A model generated the notes under the pieces. The model did no database searches. It saw only the letters and a program-made list of their open reading frames with translations, and had not been told where the DNA came from. Shown here one piece after another: positions 45,443 to 53,422 of a stretch of DNA of 64,000 nt. Source of the DNA: an uncultured virus (IMG/VR IMGVR_UViG_3300025098_000017). Lineage: Duplodnaviria > Heunggongvirae > Uroviricota > Caudoviricetes > Kyanoviridae. Location of the stretch: the IMG/VR virus record IMGVR_UViG_3300025098_000017; one strand, 5' to 3'. A program made the translations under genes and the position numbers. Numbering within the stretch: the first letter of the stretch is position 1; the number at the start of each line of letters is the position of its first letter.

Positions 45443-47950
45443 TTAAACCTCCAATAGCGGATTACCATATGCTTTTCCTGCTGCTACTGCATTTTGTGCA
45501 GATCTTGACATATCATGAAGAAATAACATTTCTCCGCTAACAGACCAAGATGCACACCCAGGACCAAAAGGTCCTGTCATGGTACAAGATGAAGACGCTG
45601 TAGTTGCTGCTCCTGTTGTGGGGTCCGTACTTGAAGTAGGACCAGGAATAGTTAATACTGGCGGCGGGCAAAGAGTGGTATTAATACCCTCCGCCACAGG
45701 TCTACAACTTAGCGTAACATTAATAGTTGCTCTAGAAGCAGTATCAGGACTATATTGTTTTATAATATATTTAGTGTTCTCGGACCCATAAGGTAAGTTA
45801 CCGAGTCTACCCTGAACTGTCTCAACTAAAGTATCTGGCACATCATTATACGAAGGAATCACATCTTGTGTAAGACCACGTAAAAGAGTACTAGTTCTCT
45901 CTTTAATGTTAGCTTCTTCCTCTACGATTGCACTTGCTAAATCTTTTTGAGTTAATCTACCCAAATGCGTCATATCGGAAGGTTTATTCATTATACCATA
46001 CAATGGTGCGATAACACCAGCACTGTACAATGATTGTGGTTGTACATCTTTTCTTCTAGATTCAGGGTCATACTTAATGTCGATGTTATTTCTATTCGTA
46101 GTGAACGTAATCTCCTGTGGATTTGAATCTATTTGCTCTTTAATCAAGGACATATCAGGATTTGGAGTTGGAGCAGCATCATAATACTCCTTATATCGCT
46201 CTGTGTGCCCAGCTTCGTATCCTGCATTCTTATATGTTGTCCTATCTTGAGACAAAGTATTGGCAACAAAGATTGCAGGAGGGTCATTATCATCATAAAG
46301 ACTGCCACCATCAACAATTGAAACCGAAACTAACTGCCCACCACTAAAAACACCCTCAACAACTGCTGCACGACCTGCAGATGAAGGTGGACCAGCAGCA
46401 ACTAACCTCGGTTCATTACCATTTAACTCCGATCTCCGCACTTTACTGCCCGAAAACTCAATATTATACCCCGTTACTACTCCATTTGTAACAGTTGTAG
46501 TCACTCGCGGCAATTTTACTTCATTAAAAATGTCTGGTGACCGCTCATCACGACTCAATGTCATGTATTGAACGGATTTTTCTATAAATTCATACTTACC
46601 GACCAAACATGCACGGTCTGGAATGCCATAACCCGCTTTTGCGACGATAACATGCGCTCTATCAGAGACATATGACTGCTCTTTTATGAAATTATCCCCA
46701 TCTCCTGACAAATAAATGACATGATGTGGAAAATTATCTAGATCTGTGTGATAAGCACGCAATACTCGGTGCCCATTTACTGTATCCCCCGTCCTAATGA
46801 CATCAAATCCGCTACTTTGTCCTGTTAAAATCTCAGATGGACCAACATTAGTCACTCTGAGTTCTAATGTTAGTGTTGTTTCAGTGTTATCTGGTAGCAA
46901 ATATGGATAATTGAGAGTAAATGTGTCATTAATTTTATATCCAGTGCCAGCATTCAATACTTCCATGACTTCCCACTGTGTACCATTGAATACTAAGGTG
47001 GCACCAGTGTCATCAAAGATAGGTGAAATTCTAAGTTTTATACGAAATCCATTTGTTTCCTCAGTTTCAAACTCTTGGTCGAATACTTCAAAGTCACCAA
47101 ACGATTCGTCGCCTAATTGCCAAGGATTTTGTGATGAATTATATACCTGTCCAATTCCTAATGATTCAGTATATACAGGTTCAAATGCTCCCCCACCATA
47201 AGAAACTGCAAACTCTGTTACCCCATCAGCTAATTGACTACTTAACTGACTATATGTAAATACTAGTTTTGTACTCTCTGTACCAATCCCAAATAAATCT
47301 GGATTTGGACAATCATCATCTCTAGTTAAATCTTGCCCACCATAAGTATATTTTACATCAGTTACACCAGGACTACAAGTGTGTGCTGTACATGGAACAC
47401 AGGTTGTAGTGGTTTCTGTTGATGATGTTGTAGTAGAAGGGTTTTGTGGTGTGCCCTGAGTTGTAGTACTTGTTGTCCTAGTACAAGTTCTAATATAATA
47501 AACAGGGTCTCCAGCAATACCTGCATTATTAGATGTATCAAAAATATATGATAACCAGGTATCACTTGATTGCCAATCAAAAGATAAGTCGGACGGAACC
47601 CAATCATAGGCAATCTCAGTCCCAGCACCTCCAAATGAAAATAGATTGCATCCAACACCACGTACCTTCCCACAGTGTGCTAATGATGCCCCAGCACCTC
47701 CGTCAGCAGCAACTCCATTGCCCCTTCCACTTACAGGGGATGCAGTTGTTGAAATAGGAAGCGTAGCATTATTATGCATAACTGCATTACCAGTACGATC
47801 TGGTATATTATACTTACCTGTTCTGAATTGTGTTACAGGATACTCAGTATACTTCATAGATGTACCCTCTCCAGGTACTGCTGAAGAAGGTAGAAATTTT
47901 TGACAGTGATTATCGGTTTCGCAATAATTACCGTTATTTGTGCATCCCAT
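45443..47950 (-). CDS. Probable virion structural protein (835 aa), Cys-rich termini
   Basis: Long ORF containing GTGY/GGSLY structural repeats, co-oriented with PAAR and baseplate genes. Function not recognised. Confidence 0.6.
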   Translation of the reverse strand: MGCTNNGNYCETDNHCQKFLPSSAVPGEGTSMKYTEYPVTQFRTGKYNIPDRTGNAVMHNNATLPISTTASPVSGRGNGVAADGGAGASLAHCGKVRGVGCNLFSFGGAGTEIAYDWVPSDLSFDWQSSDTWLSYIFDTSNNAGIAGDPVYYIRTCTRTTSTTTQGTPQNPSTTTSSTETTTTCVPCTAHTCSPGVTDVKYTYGGQDLTRDDDCPNPDLFGIGTESTKLVFTYSQLSSQLADGVTEFAVSYGGGAFEPVYTESLGIGQVYNSSQNPWQLGDESFGDFEVFDQEFETEETNGFRIKLRISPIFDDTGATLVFNGTQWEVMEVLNAGTGYKINDTFTLNYPYLLPDNTETTLTLELRVTNVGPSEILTGQSSGFDVIRTGDTVNGHRVLRAYHTDLDNFPHHVIYLSGDGDNFIKEQSYVSDRAHVIVAKAGYGIPDRACLVGKYEFIEKSVQYMTLSRDERSPDIFNEVKLPRVTTTVTNGVVTGYNIEFSGSKVRRSELNGNEPRLVAAGPPSSAGRAAVVEGVFSGGQLVSVSIVDGGSLYDDNDPPAIFVANTLSQDRTTYKNAGYEAGHTERYKEYYDAAPTPNPDMSLIKEQIDSNPQEITFTTNRNNIDIKYDPESRRKDVQPQSLYSAGVIAPLYGIMNKPSDMTHLGRLTQKDLASAIVEEEANIKERTSTLLRGLTQDVIPSYNDVPDTLVETVQGRLGNLPYGSENTKYIIKQYSPDTASRATINVTLSCRPVAEGINTTLCPPPVLTIPGPTSSTDPTTGAATTASSSCTMTGPFGPGCASWSVSGEMLFLHDMSRSAQNAVAAGKAYGNPLLEV

Positions 47951-48179
47951 TTTCGAGTTCGTTTAAACGTGAGTAAATGTTATCCAAATTCTCTTTTAGA
48001 GTAATGTGGTCCGCGCCACCGACAGGTTTGTAATATGTCTTGTCTGGTGTGGGTAAATTGCCGATTGCTTCCTCTATATCCTTTAGACGATTCGCAATCT
48101 TTACAAACATCTCATTGATTAATAGATGAGACTCTTCATTGTCCTTTAATAAAAGAGCAATTTCTTTATTCGTTAACAT
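47934..48179 (-). CDS. Hypothetical protein (likely start MLTNKE)
   Basis: The track start at 48224 overlaps the upstream small ORF; ATG at 48179 fits better. Contains PTPDKTYYKP...LKENLDNIYSRL. Confidence 0.65.
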   Translation of the reverse strand: MLTNKEIALLLKDNEESHLLINEMFVKIANRLKDIEEAIGNLPTPDKTYYKPVGGADHITLKENLDNIYSRLNELENGMHK

Positions 48180-48339
48180 TGGATTGTTTGATTTTGAAAC
48201 TGTTTCCATCTTCTCCGATCTCATAATCTAGTTCTGTTCCGACATCCCATCCCAATTCTTCACATACACTCCATGGAATATTGAGAATCAAATCTCCGAA
48301 ATCATCTTCTTCTAAAGTGGTTGTGAATCTATGGGACAT
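48166..48339 (-). CDS. AbrB/MazE-like small DNA-binding protein (57 aa), not in ORF track
   Basis: Hand translation MSHRFTTTLEEDDFGDLILNIPWSVCEELGWDVGTELDYEIGEDGNSFKIKQSNVNE; the G.L...IP....E.LGW..G..L pattern fits the swapped-hairpin fold. Confidence 0.7.
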   Translation of the reverse strand: MSHRFTTTLEEDDFGDLILNIPWSVCEELGWDVGTELDYEIGEDGNSFKIKQSNVNE

Positions 48340-48346
48340 AACTCTA

Positions 48347-48565
48347 TTACATGCGATTGATTACCTGTGGATTACTTGTGGGATTGTCTTCTTTCCACTC
48401 AGTCCATAGTGTATATAGATCTTCTACAACCTGAGAAGCATAAGATGATGTGTAATAGTCTGCACACTCGTACATCCGAGGGTCTAGGAATGCCTCTAAT
48501 CGTATCAGTTGCTCTAATGCCCATACACGAGTCTCTTGTCTCTCTATGCGAGTCTTAGCATCCAT
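48347..48565 (-). CDS. Hypothetical protein
   Basis: 72 aa; GAGGT Shine-Dalgarno upstream of the ATG. Confidence 0.75.
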   Translation of the reverse strand: MDAKTRIERQETRVWALEQLIRLEAFLDPRMYECADYYTSSYASQVVEDLYTLWTEWKEDNPTSNPQVINRM

Positions 48566-48719
48566 TTTTTTACCTCAGAAATTTTTTTAGATTGACGTTC
48601 AAAGATTATTGAATAATATCTAAGGCGTCTGGGAACCTTTGTAGGTTAGGGTAGTGGCTTATTTTATATTTAAGGGGGCCAATTTAACTGCCTAAGTAAC
48701 AACAATCAACTGCCCTCTA

Positions 48720-48748
48720 AGTATACACGAAGTGCCTCAGAATGTCAA
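48720..48748 (-). promoter_or_regulatory. Sigma70-like promoter TTGACA-N17-TATACT
   Basis: Read directly on the minus strand; exact -35 and 17-nt spacer. Confidence 0.85.
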
Positions 48749-48960
48749 GGAGTAATGTACATTGTTTCCTCTGTAGATTTCTCTACTATTGTCATACTCC
48801 ATCCAATGTGTTTGAGATAATCAAAGGGAGACATTCTCTCTGTCTGAGGATACCTCTCTCCCCTACCTTCTCTTACACCGTCGAGGAATACTTCGAGGTC
48901 GTAGACTGATGCAAATGACCCTACAATCTCCTCTGAGTCATTGTGAATAAGATACTGCAT
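48745..48960 (-). CDS. Hypothetical protein (likely start MQYLIH)
   Basis: ATG at 48960, downstream of the promoter at 49017-49045. Confidence 0.65.
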   Translation of the reverse strand: MQYLIHNDSEEIVGSFASVYDLEVFLDGVREGRGERYPQTERMSPFDYLKHIGWSMTIVEKSTEETMYITP

Positions 48961-49016
48961 ATCCTTCAAGTGTTGTTAGTTAGATACAAGAGGTGTTTCT
49001 GAACCTCTACAAGGTT

Positions 49017-49045
49017 ATTGTACCATGTTTCTGATAGTTTGTCAA
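49017..49045 (-). promoter_or_regulatory. Sigma70-like promoter TTGACA-N17-TACAAT
   Basis: Read directly on the minus strand. Confidence 0.85.
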
Positions 49046-49155
49046 GTGGGGTTGATGTAAGTCTCTCAGAGAGGATTAGAGGGTCTTAGATGTCATTGAT
49101 AAGCAATGCAAATATCAGGACTGTGTATCAGAAATTCTCTGAGTATTGTGAGAGG

Positions 49156-49185
49156 TTGACATCTGATAGGTTGCGTGCTAAGACT
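49156..49185 (+). promoter_or_regulatory. Divergent sigma70-like promoter TTGACA-N17-TAAGAC (TGn-extended), no downstream plus-strand ORF
   Basis: ttgaca tctgataggttgcgtgc taagact; the -10 is imperfect. Confidence 0.5.
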
Positions 49186-49239
49186 ACAACTCTGGAGGAC
49201 AATTAAGGAAGATAAAGAACACTAATACATTTATTAAAG

Positions 49240-49273
49240 GTTTTCCACAATTTCCGCATTATCTGTGGAAAAC
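49240..49273. repeat. 10-bp inverted repeat made of two TTTTCCACA (DnaA-box-like) nonamers
   Basis: GTTTTCCACA-N14-TGTGGAAAAC. Confidence 0.7.
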
Positions 49274-49357
49274 TATCATTTAGTGTCGTGGCGGTTGTTT
49301 ACACGTTGTTTGATGATATAATCTCTCCAGTTATTCCACAGGATAGAAGTAATCTCT

Positions 49358-49588
49358 TTAGATGTTATCTTCACATAATGGAGTTGTTCTTTGAATGAGG
49401 TCATAATCGATGTAGGATACAACTAGGTTAGTTTGATTTGTTTTATGTTTAGAGTGTAATGCGATGTCAGGATGTTTAGGATATTCATGAATACAGATAG
49501 TTACATATTGTTCATCGATGAAATTGATGTAACCAGTGTGATGTTTATAGGAGACAGATTGTCCTTTAACGAATTCCTTAAATTTCAT
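49358..49588 (-). CDS. Hypothetical protein
   Basis: 76 aa; GQSVSYKHHTGYINFIDEQYVTICI; start overlaps the upstream stop. Confidence 0.7.
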   Translation of the reverse strand: MKFKEFVKGQSVSYKHHTGYINFIDEQYVTICIHEYPKHPDIALHSKHKTNQTNLVVSYIDYDLIQRTTPLCEDNI

Positions 49589-50199
49589 GAATTGTCCCTG
49601 TGAAAGATAGAATGAGTAAAATAGTTTAATGCAATTACGATACGAAATGGTGCGTCTGTATGATTAGAACCAGAGTGCATAATTCTATTATCGAAAGTAA
49701 CCAATCTATTCTTTTTTGATTCTACTTCAGTATAGTTAAATTGTCCATCATCAGTAACAGTTCGGAATGTTGTTTTACCGTTGTTATCATTTAGATAGAA
49801 GATGGAAGTAAGACCAGGGGAAGATTCATCAGTATGAAAACCATGGAGGGTTTGAGTTTCTTCCCATGGGTGAATGTTGCATTTAACTCTAAAAAGAACG
49901 TCAGGATTTAATTGAGTAATAAGGGGTTGAATTATAGGACATTGATCACTATTTTCTTGACCATATCTCCAGAAGACGTGAGAGAATTGCCAATTACGAT
50001 TAGGGGCACAAACTATATCAACACCTTCATATTCACCATCTTTTTGAGGTAAGACTTCACCCCAATACCAAGGGAAATAAGATGATATATCAGTCATTTC
50101 ATTGATTAACCAATCACAATAATCATCAGGCATAAAATCATCTTGAACGATGATATTATAGTTAATTGGAGTTGATGCGATTGGGATACTTAATGACAT
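49585..50199 (-). CDS. 2OG-Fe(II) oxygenase superfamily protein
   Basis: HGFHTD (HxD), SIFYLNDNNGKT, NRLVTFD...HSG.....RIVIALNY. Confidence 0.85.
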   Translation of the reverse strand: MSLSIPIASTPINYNIIVQDDFMPDDYCDWLINEMTDISSYFPWYWGEVLPQKDGEYEGVDIVCAPNRNWQFSHVFWRYGQENSDQCPIIQPLITQLNPDVLFRVKCNIHPWEETQTLHGFHTDESSPGLTSIFYLNDNNGKTTFRTVTDDGQFNYTEVESKKNRLVTFDNRIMHSGSNHTDAPFRIVIALNYFTHSIFHRDNS

Positions 50200-50260
50200 A
50201 ATATGATATAGTGTATTACTAATGATTTATTATAGCAAGACAAGTAATAGGACAATAGTA

Positions 50261-50295
50261 TAGAAGCGGGCATAGATTGATGCCCACTCTTTCTT
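50261..50295 (-). terminator. Probable terminator hairpin after the early-gene array
   Basis: GGGCAT/ATGCCC stem with AG-rich and TC-rich flanks, just after the stop at 50304. Confidence 0.5.
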
Positions 50296-50303
50296 AGTTT
50301 TAA

Positions 50304-50645
50304 TCATGCGAAGACATAACCGTTAGTGAATTCTTCTGTCGTGAATACTTTTTTATCACCCAATTGTCCAGTGAACTTACGAACAAACCACTTATAATTC
50401 TTTTGGAATACACCTTCACCAGCGACACAGAACTCATCACATAGTGCGTTCAATCGTGATTTAGTTGTTACTGACTGCCAACCGCCATCATAGATGGTCA
50501 TGCTATCTTCATCGACTGATGCAATTTGATTGCCGTGGAGATAGATGAAACTAACGCCTTCAATCGTGATCACTTGAGTGTTACCTGATTTGAAATCTTG
50601 GTTTGCCTGGACAGCGGCACACATTTGAGATTCGATTTTACGCAT
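50304..50645 (-). CDS. Hypothetical early protein (likely start MRKIESQM)
   Basis: The track's N-terminal extension is the promoter repeat; ATG at 50645. Contains YLHGNQIA...DGGWQSVTTKSRLNAL. Confidence 0.75.
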   Translation of the reverse strand: MRKIESQMCAAVQANQDFKSGNTQVITIEGVSFIYLHGNQIASVDEDSMTIYDGGWQSVTTKSRLNALCDEFCVAGEGVFQKNYKWFVRKFTGQLGDKKVFTTEEFTNGYVFA

Positions 50646-50690
50646 GAGAGAAGAGAAGAGGTTTAGGCGGTTTCGTTTCCCGCTTGTCTG

Positions 50691-50760
50691 TATTGTAGCA
50701 GATTTGGGGGCGCTGCCAACGGGTTGACCCGATTTTGGGTACAGTTGTCGGATTGTCACA
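50691..50760 (-). promoter_or_regulatory. Palindrome+promoter element copy 1 (palindrome shifted one helical turn upstream)
   Basis: GTGACAATC-CGAC-AACTGTACCC...TTGGCA-N16-TACAAT; contains the TGA stop of 50756..50887. Confidence 0.7.
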
Positions 50761-50887
50761 TGGCGTCGATTTGTCTTTGAATAGTCTCGTTTCTTTCTTG
50801 GATAACATCCATCATGGATGAATCTAGCAACTCAATGAGTAAGTTAGCACCACAGATAACGATGATAGCAGCAAGAGCAATACGCAT
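50756..50887 (-). CDS. Small membrane protein (43 aa), not in track
   Basis: MRIALAAIIVICGANLLIELLDSSMMDVIQERNETIQRQIDAM; one hydrophobic helix. Confidence 0.65.
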   Translation of the reverse strand: MRIALAAIIVICGANLLIELLDSSMMDVIQERNETIQRQIDAM

Positions 50888-50925
50888 GAGAAAGAGTTAG
50901 ATAAGGGACAGAATAAGGTTAGAGT

Positions 50926-51105
50926 TTACATACCATTCAGGAACTCATGTAGTTCCTCATTGTATTGCTCTTCAGTGTCAAATTGACGACCATGGATAAC
51001 ACATGGAAACGTTTTCTTTTGAAACATAGTGGAAGCGACTTGACAGTCTTGCTTATCATAACCCATCTCGATGAGGGTGTTAACGTAGGGGTTTGAAGTA
51101 GTCAT
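50926..51105 (-). CDS. Hypothetical protein (likely start MTTSNPY)
   Basis: ATG at 51105 after a G-poor leader. Confidence 0.65.
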   Translation of the reverse strand: MTTSNPYVNTLIEMGYDKQDCQVASTMFQKKTFPCVIHGRQFDTEEQYNEELHEFLNGM

Positions 51106-51157
51106 AGGTTTGTGAATAGAAAGGTTTGAGAGTTGTTGTAAAGAATCGGTGAAAATA

Positions 51158-51373
51158 TCAAGCATGTCCGCAAGGTTGTGTTGCTTCGTTGTAAACATCG
51201 TAGAAGCAATCAAAGGCATCTAAATCACCTGCAAAAGAGTTGATTTGTGCTTGGTCACATACCCAATCAAACGCCATATCAAGGTCGGCACCTGTTTCCA
51301 GCACGAAGGATTGTAACCCTTGAAGAGCAGCGATGAAAGCAGAATCGTTGAGAAGCATTGTTGTTTTGTTCAT
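51158..51373 (-). CDS. Small acidic hypothetical protein, probably leaderless
   Basis: 71 aa; ATG is 6 nt after the -10 box of element copy 2. Confidence 0.7.
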   Translation of the reverse strand: MNKTTMLLNDSAFIAALQGLQSFVLETGADLDMAFDWVCDQAQINSFAGDLDAFDCFYDVYNEATQPCGHA

Positions 51374-51438
51374 GATTGTATTATTGCAGATTTTGGGGTG
51401 GATTTCAAGGGGTTTTGTGCCAGTTCCCCAACTGGTTT
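51374..51438 (-). promoter_or_regulatory. Palindrome+promoter element copy 2
   Basis: ACCAGTT-GGGG-AACTGGCACA..TTGAAA-N17-AATAAT-ACAATC-ATG. Confidence 0.75.
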
Positions 51439-51444
51439 TCTGAA

Positions 51445-51741
51445 TCAGAGTTCCCAGATCATTTCATTCATCTCATCAGCATCGATGCTAGGATCGTTCC
51501 ACTTAACGCCGTCCTCAGTCTCGCCTAGCATCCGTCCGATCTGTCCGTCAGTCATGCAACGCACGAACTTATCCCAAGGGGTCTCCAGACCCTCACGGAA
51601 GGTCACACACGCTTTTGCAGTGTTGTAAAGGAATTCATCGTTTGAAATCCACAGGGAAGCGTTCCACGTCTCGTAGTTTGCCCAACCGTTGAAAGTCTCG
51701 TTTTGAGTGGTGGCAGTCATGTCGGTTCCTTTGATTTCCAT
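51445..51741 (-). CDS. Hypothetical protein (NGWANYETWN motif); start at 51741 or 51720
   Basis: FNGWANYETWNASLWISNDEFLY...TEDGVKWND. Confidence 0.75.
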   Translation of the reverse strand: MEIKGTDMTATTQNETFNGWANYETWNASLWISNDEFLYNTAKACVTFREGLETPWDKFVRCMTDGQIGRMLGETEDGVKWNDPSIDADEMNEMIWEL

Positions 51742-51807
51742 ACTGTTAGTATGGCAGAGAATTGGGACAATTGCAAGCGATAGTGGACACTTTACCTAAG
51801 TGGCACA
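51742..51807 (-). promoter_or_regulatory. Palindrome+promoter element copy 3
   Basis: GTGCCACTT-AGGTA-AAGTGTCCAC..TTGCAA-N17-CATACT. Confidence 0.8.
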
Positions 51808-51820
51808 AGGGGTCTCGCGG

Positions 51821-51997
51821 TTAGCGTCTGGCGTCGTTACGCTCATCCAGTGCTTCATTGATTATCTCTTTGAGTTCTATTCTCTCCTCTGGTGTGAAGA
51901 TAGTGCGAATCTTTACTGGCATTGGAGGATACTCACGTTCTGAGTTAGTATCACCATCACCAGGAAGACTCATGCCCTGTGTATCAATCTTGTCCAT
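51821..51997 (-). CDS. Hypothetical protein (likely start MDKIDTQG)
   Basis: ATG overlaps the upstream stop (TAATG). Confidence 0.65.
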   Translation of the reverse strand: MDKIDTQGMSLPGDGDTNSEREYPPMPVKIRTIFTPEERIELKEIINEALDERNDARR

Positions 51998-52197
51998 TAG
52001 TTCCAATTCTCCATGAATTCTTGTAGTGTGTAACCTTCGCCCGTTGATGTTTCTTCTATCAATTCTTCCAGTGTGTAGCATTCCATCTTCAGACGATATT
52101 CCTCGGGAGTGTCATCATCAGGGTCAGGATCGTCGTGGCAAAGGTAATCCCACTCACGACAGAGTGCATCGATTAGTTGTTGCTTAGTGTAGTTCAT
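51997..52197 (-). CDS. Small acidic hypothetical protein
   Basis: 66 aa; MNYTKQQLIDAL..EWDYLCHDD. Confidence 0.7.
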   Translation of the reverse strand: MNYTKQQLIDALCREWDYLCHDDPDPDDDTPEEYRLKMECYTLEELIEETSTGEGYTLQEFMENWN

Positions 52198-52328
52198 TGT
52201 GCTGTCTGTTCCATAGTTGTGTCGTAGTAGTTCATCATCTTGCTATCACGCTCCGCAAGGAATAGCAGGTAGCAAGTGAGACCCATGAAGACGCAGATGC
52301 CACTGAGTAAGTATTGTGTGATTCTCAT
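52194..52328 (-). CDS. Small membrane protein (44 aa), not in track
   Basis: MRITQYLLSGICVFMGLTCYLLFLAERDSKMMNYYDTTMEQTAQ; ATGA overlaps at both ends. Confidence 0.7.
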   Translation of the reverse strand: MRITQYLLSGICVFMGLTCYLLFLAERDSKMMNYYDTTMEQTAQ

Positions 52329-52615
52329 TTTACCTCCACTAGTTCTTGTTGGTACTGCATCAATTGCTCCTCTACGACTTCATCCACACACTCTTGAATT
52401 GTCGCGTAGATGTAATCAATGTTTCCAACATCATCGAAGATACGTGCAAGCAGTGCTGGATCTTCTACATTCTTACCATAGTCAATCTCACCATCTTCAT
52501 CCTTTAAGTTACAATCATTCTTGGTATAAATCCATGCGGCACATTCTGCATCTTCTCCCTGTTCTTTGATCATCGATGATACTCGGTCTTGAAGTTGCTT
52601 GAGAGTGTAGTTCAT
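52325..52615 (-). CDS. Hypothetical protein
   Basis: 96 aa; MNYTLKQLQDRV..QGEDAECAAWIYT. Confidence 0.75.
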   Translation of the reverse strand: MNYTLKQLQDRVSSMIKEQGEDAECAAWIYTKNDCNLKDEDGEIDYGKNVEDPALLARIFDDVGNIDYIYATIQECVDEVVEEQLMQYQQELVEVK

Positions 52616-52653
52616 GATTTGAATGAATGAGGTGAGTGAGTGTTAGTTAGGGG

Positions 52654-52821
52654 TTAGAATACGTTGGTCCATGCTTGATGTTTAGCAGCACTGATTCTGC
52701 CATCCTGAAGTAATCCATCACAGACACGACAAAATACTTCAAACTTCTCCAATCGTGTCATGTTAGCATCAACACCCATTGCAGTTTCACCGACGACTTT
52801 GAGAACTTGACCTTTGAGCAT
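52654..52821 (-). CDS. Hypothetical protein (55 aa), not in track; paralogue-like to 54661..54834
   Basis: MLKGQVLKVVGETAMGVDANMTRLEKFEVFCRVCDGLLQDGRISAAKHQAWTNVF. Confidence 0.7.
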   Translation of the reverse strand: MLKGQVLKVVGETAMGVDANMTRLEKFEVFCRVCDGLLQDGRISAAKHQAWTNVF

Positions 52822-52825
52822 GATG

Positions 52826-53023
52826 TTAGTTAATGGAAGTAATGTCGATCTTAGACCAGAATGGTAACTCTTTCATTACCCATTGTTCAAGTTTATTATT
52901 CTGTGCTTTTATGCCCTTTTGTGTTGTTGGTTTGGTGGGCAATGTTCGTTGAAACTCTATCACTTTGAAGTCACAAGTCTCAACACGGATGTTGTAAGTT
53001 GCTGTTGTAGTTTCCATAAGCAT
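52826..53023 (-). CDS. Hypothetical protein (start MLMET or METT)
   Basis: Fills the gap between neighbours and follows a G-poor leader. Confidence 0.65.
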   Translation of the reverse strand: MLMETTTATYNIRVETCDFKVIEFQRTLPTKPTTQKGIKAQNNKLEQWVMKELPFWSKIDITSIN

Positions 53024-53058
53024 GATGTTAGATAAGAGTTTGCAGTTAGTGAGGGGAA

Positions 53059-53331
53059 TCACCCCACACATGCCATGGGAGTATACTCAGAGCGGGGCAT
53101 TTTCTCAACGTTGTAGTCAGTAACTGTAGCACCGCTAGCAATACGCTCGCTCCACTCATTACGTGCTGTGAGTGCTGTCACAGTGCTGTAAGACTTAGCA
53201 CCGTTATCAATGAATGTCACACGCTTGTTAAAACGTTTGACGACAACTTTCATGCCTTTGACCTCATCGGACTCAGCGATGAATGCCTCAGGGAAGAAGT
53301 CAACGACGCAGATGGAGTTTGAAATTTGCAT
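53059..53331 (-). CDS. Hypothetical protein (likely start MQISNS)
   Basis: ATG follows the AAAGGA SD of element copy 4. Confidence 0.75.
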   Translation of the reverse strand: MQISNSICVVDFFPEAFIAESDEVKGMKVVVKRFNKRVTFIDNGAKSYSTVTALTARNEWSERIASGATVTDYNVEKMPRSEYTPMACVG

Positions 53332-53415
53332 GTGGTGTTTTCCTTTGACTCTTATAGTATGGCACCCTAGGGCGCGGAATGCAAGTGATAGTGTGCTCTT
53401 TGGGAACTGGCACAC
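53332..53415 (-). promoter_or_regulatory. Palindrome+promoter element copy 4
   Basis: GTGCCAGTT-CCCA-AAGAGCACAC..TTGCAT-N17-CATACT-ATAAGAGTCAAAGGA. Confidence 0.85.
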
Positions 53416-53422
53416 GCGGAGT

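Noticed and set aside
1412..47903. Dozens of 60-190 aa plus-strand and alternate-frame ORFs inside structural genes
   Set aside because: They are Pro/Val/Ser-rich mirror translations of Gly/Thr-rich repeats, fully nested in long well-supported genes.
49277..49375. Possible 32-codon GTG ORF (VKITSKEITSILWNNW...) containing the third DnaA-like box
   Set aside because: Too short to support. It does mean the third box may be coincidental, so little weight was put on it.
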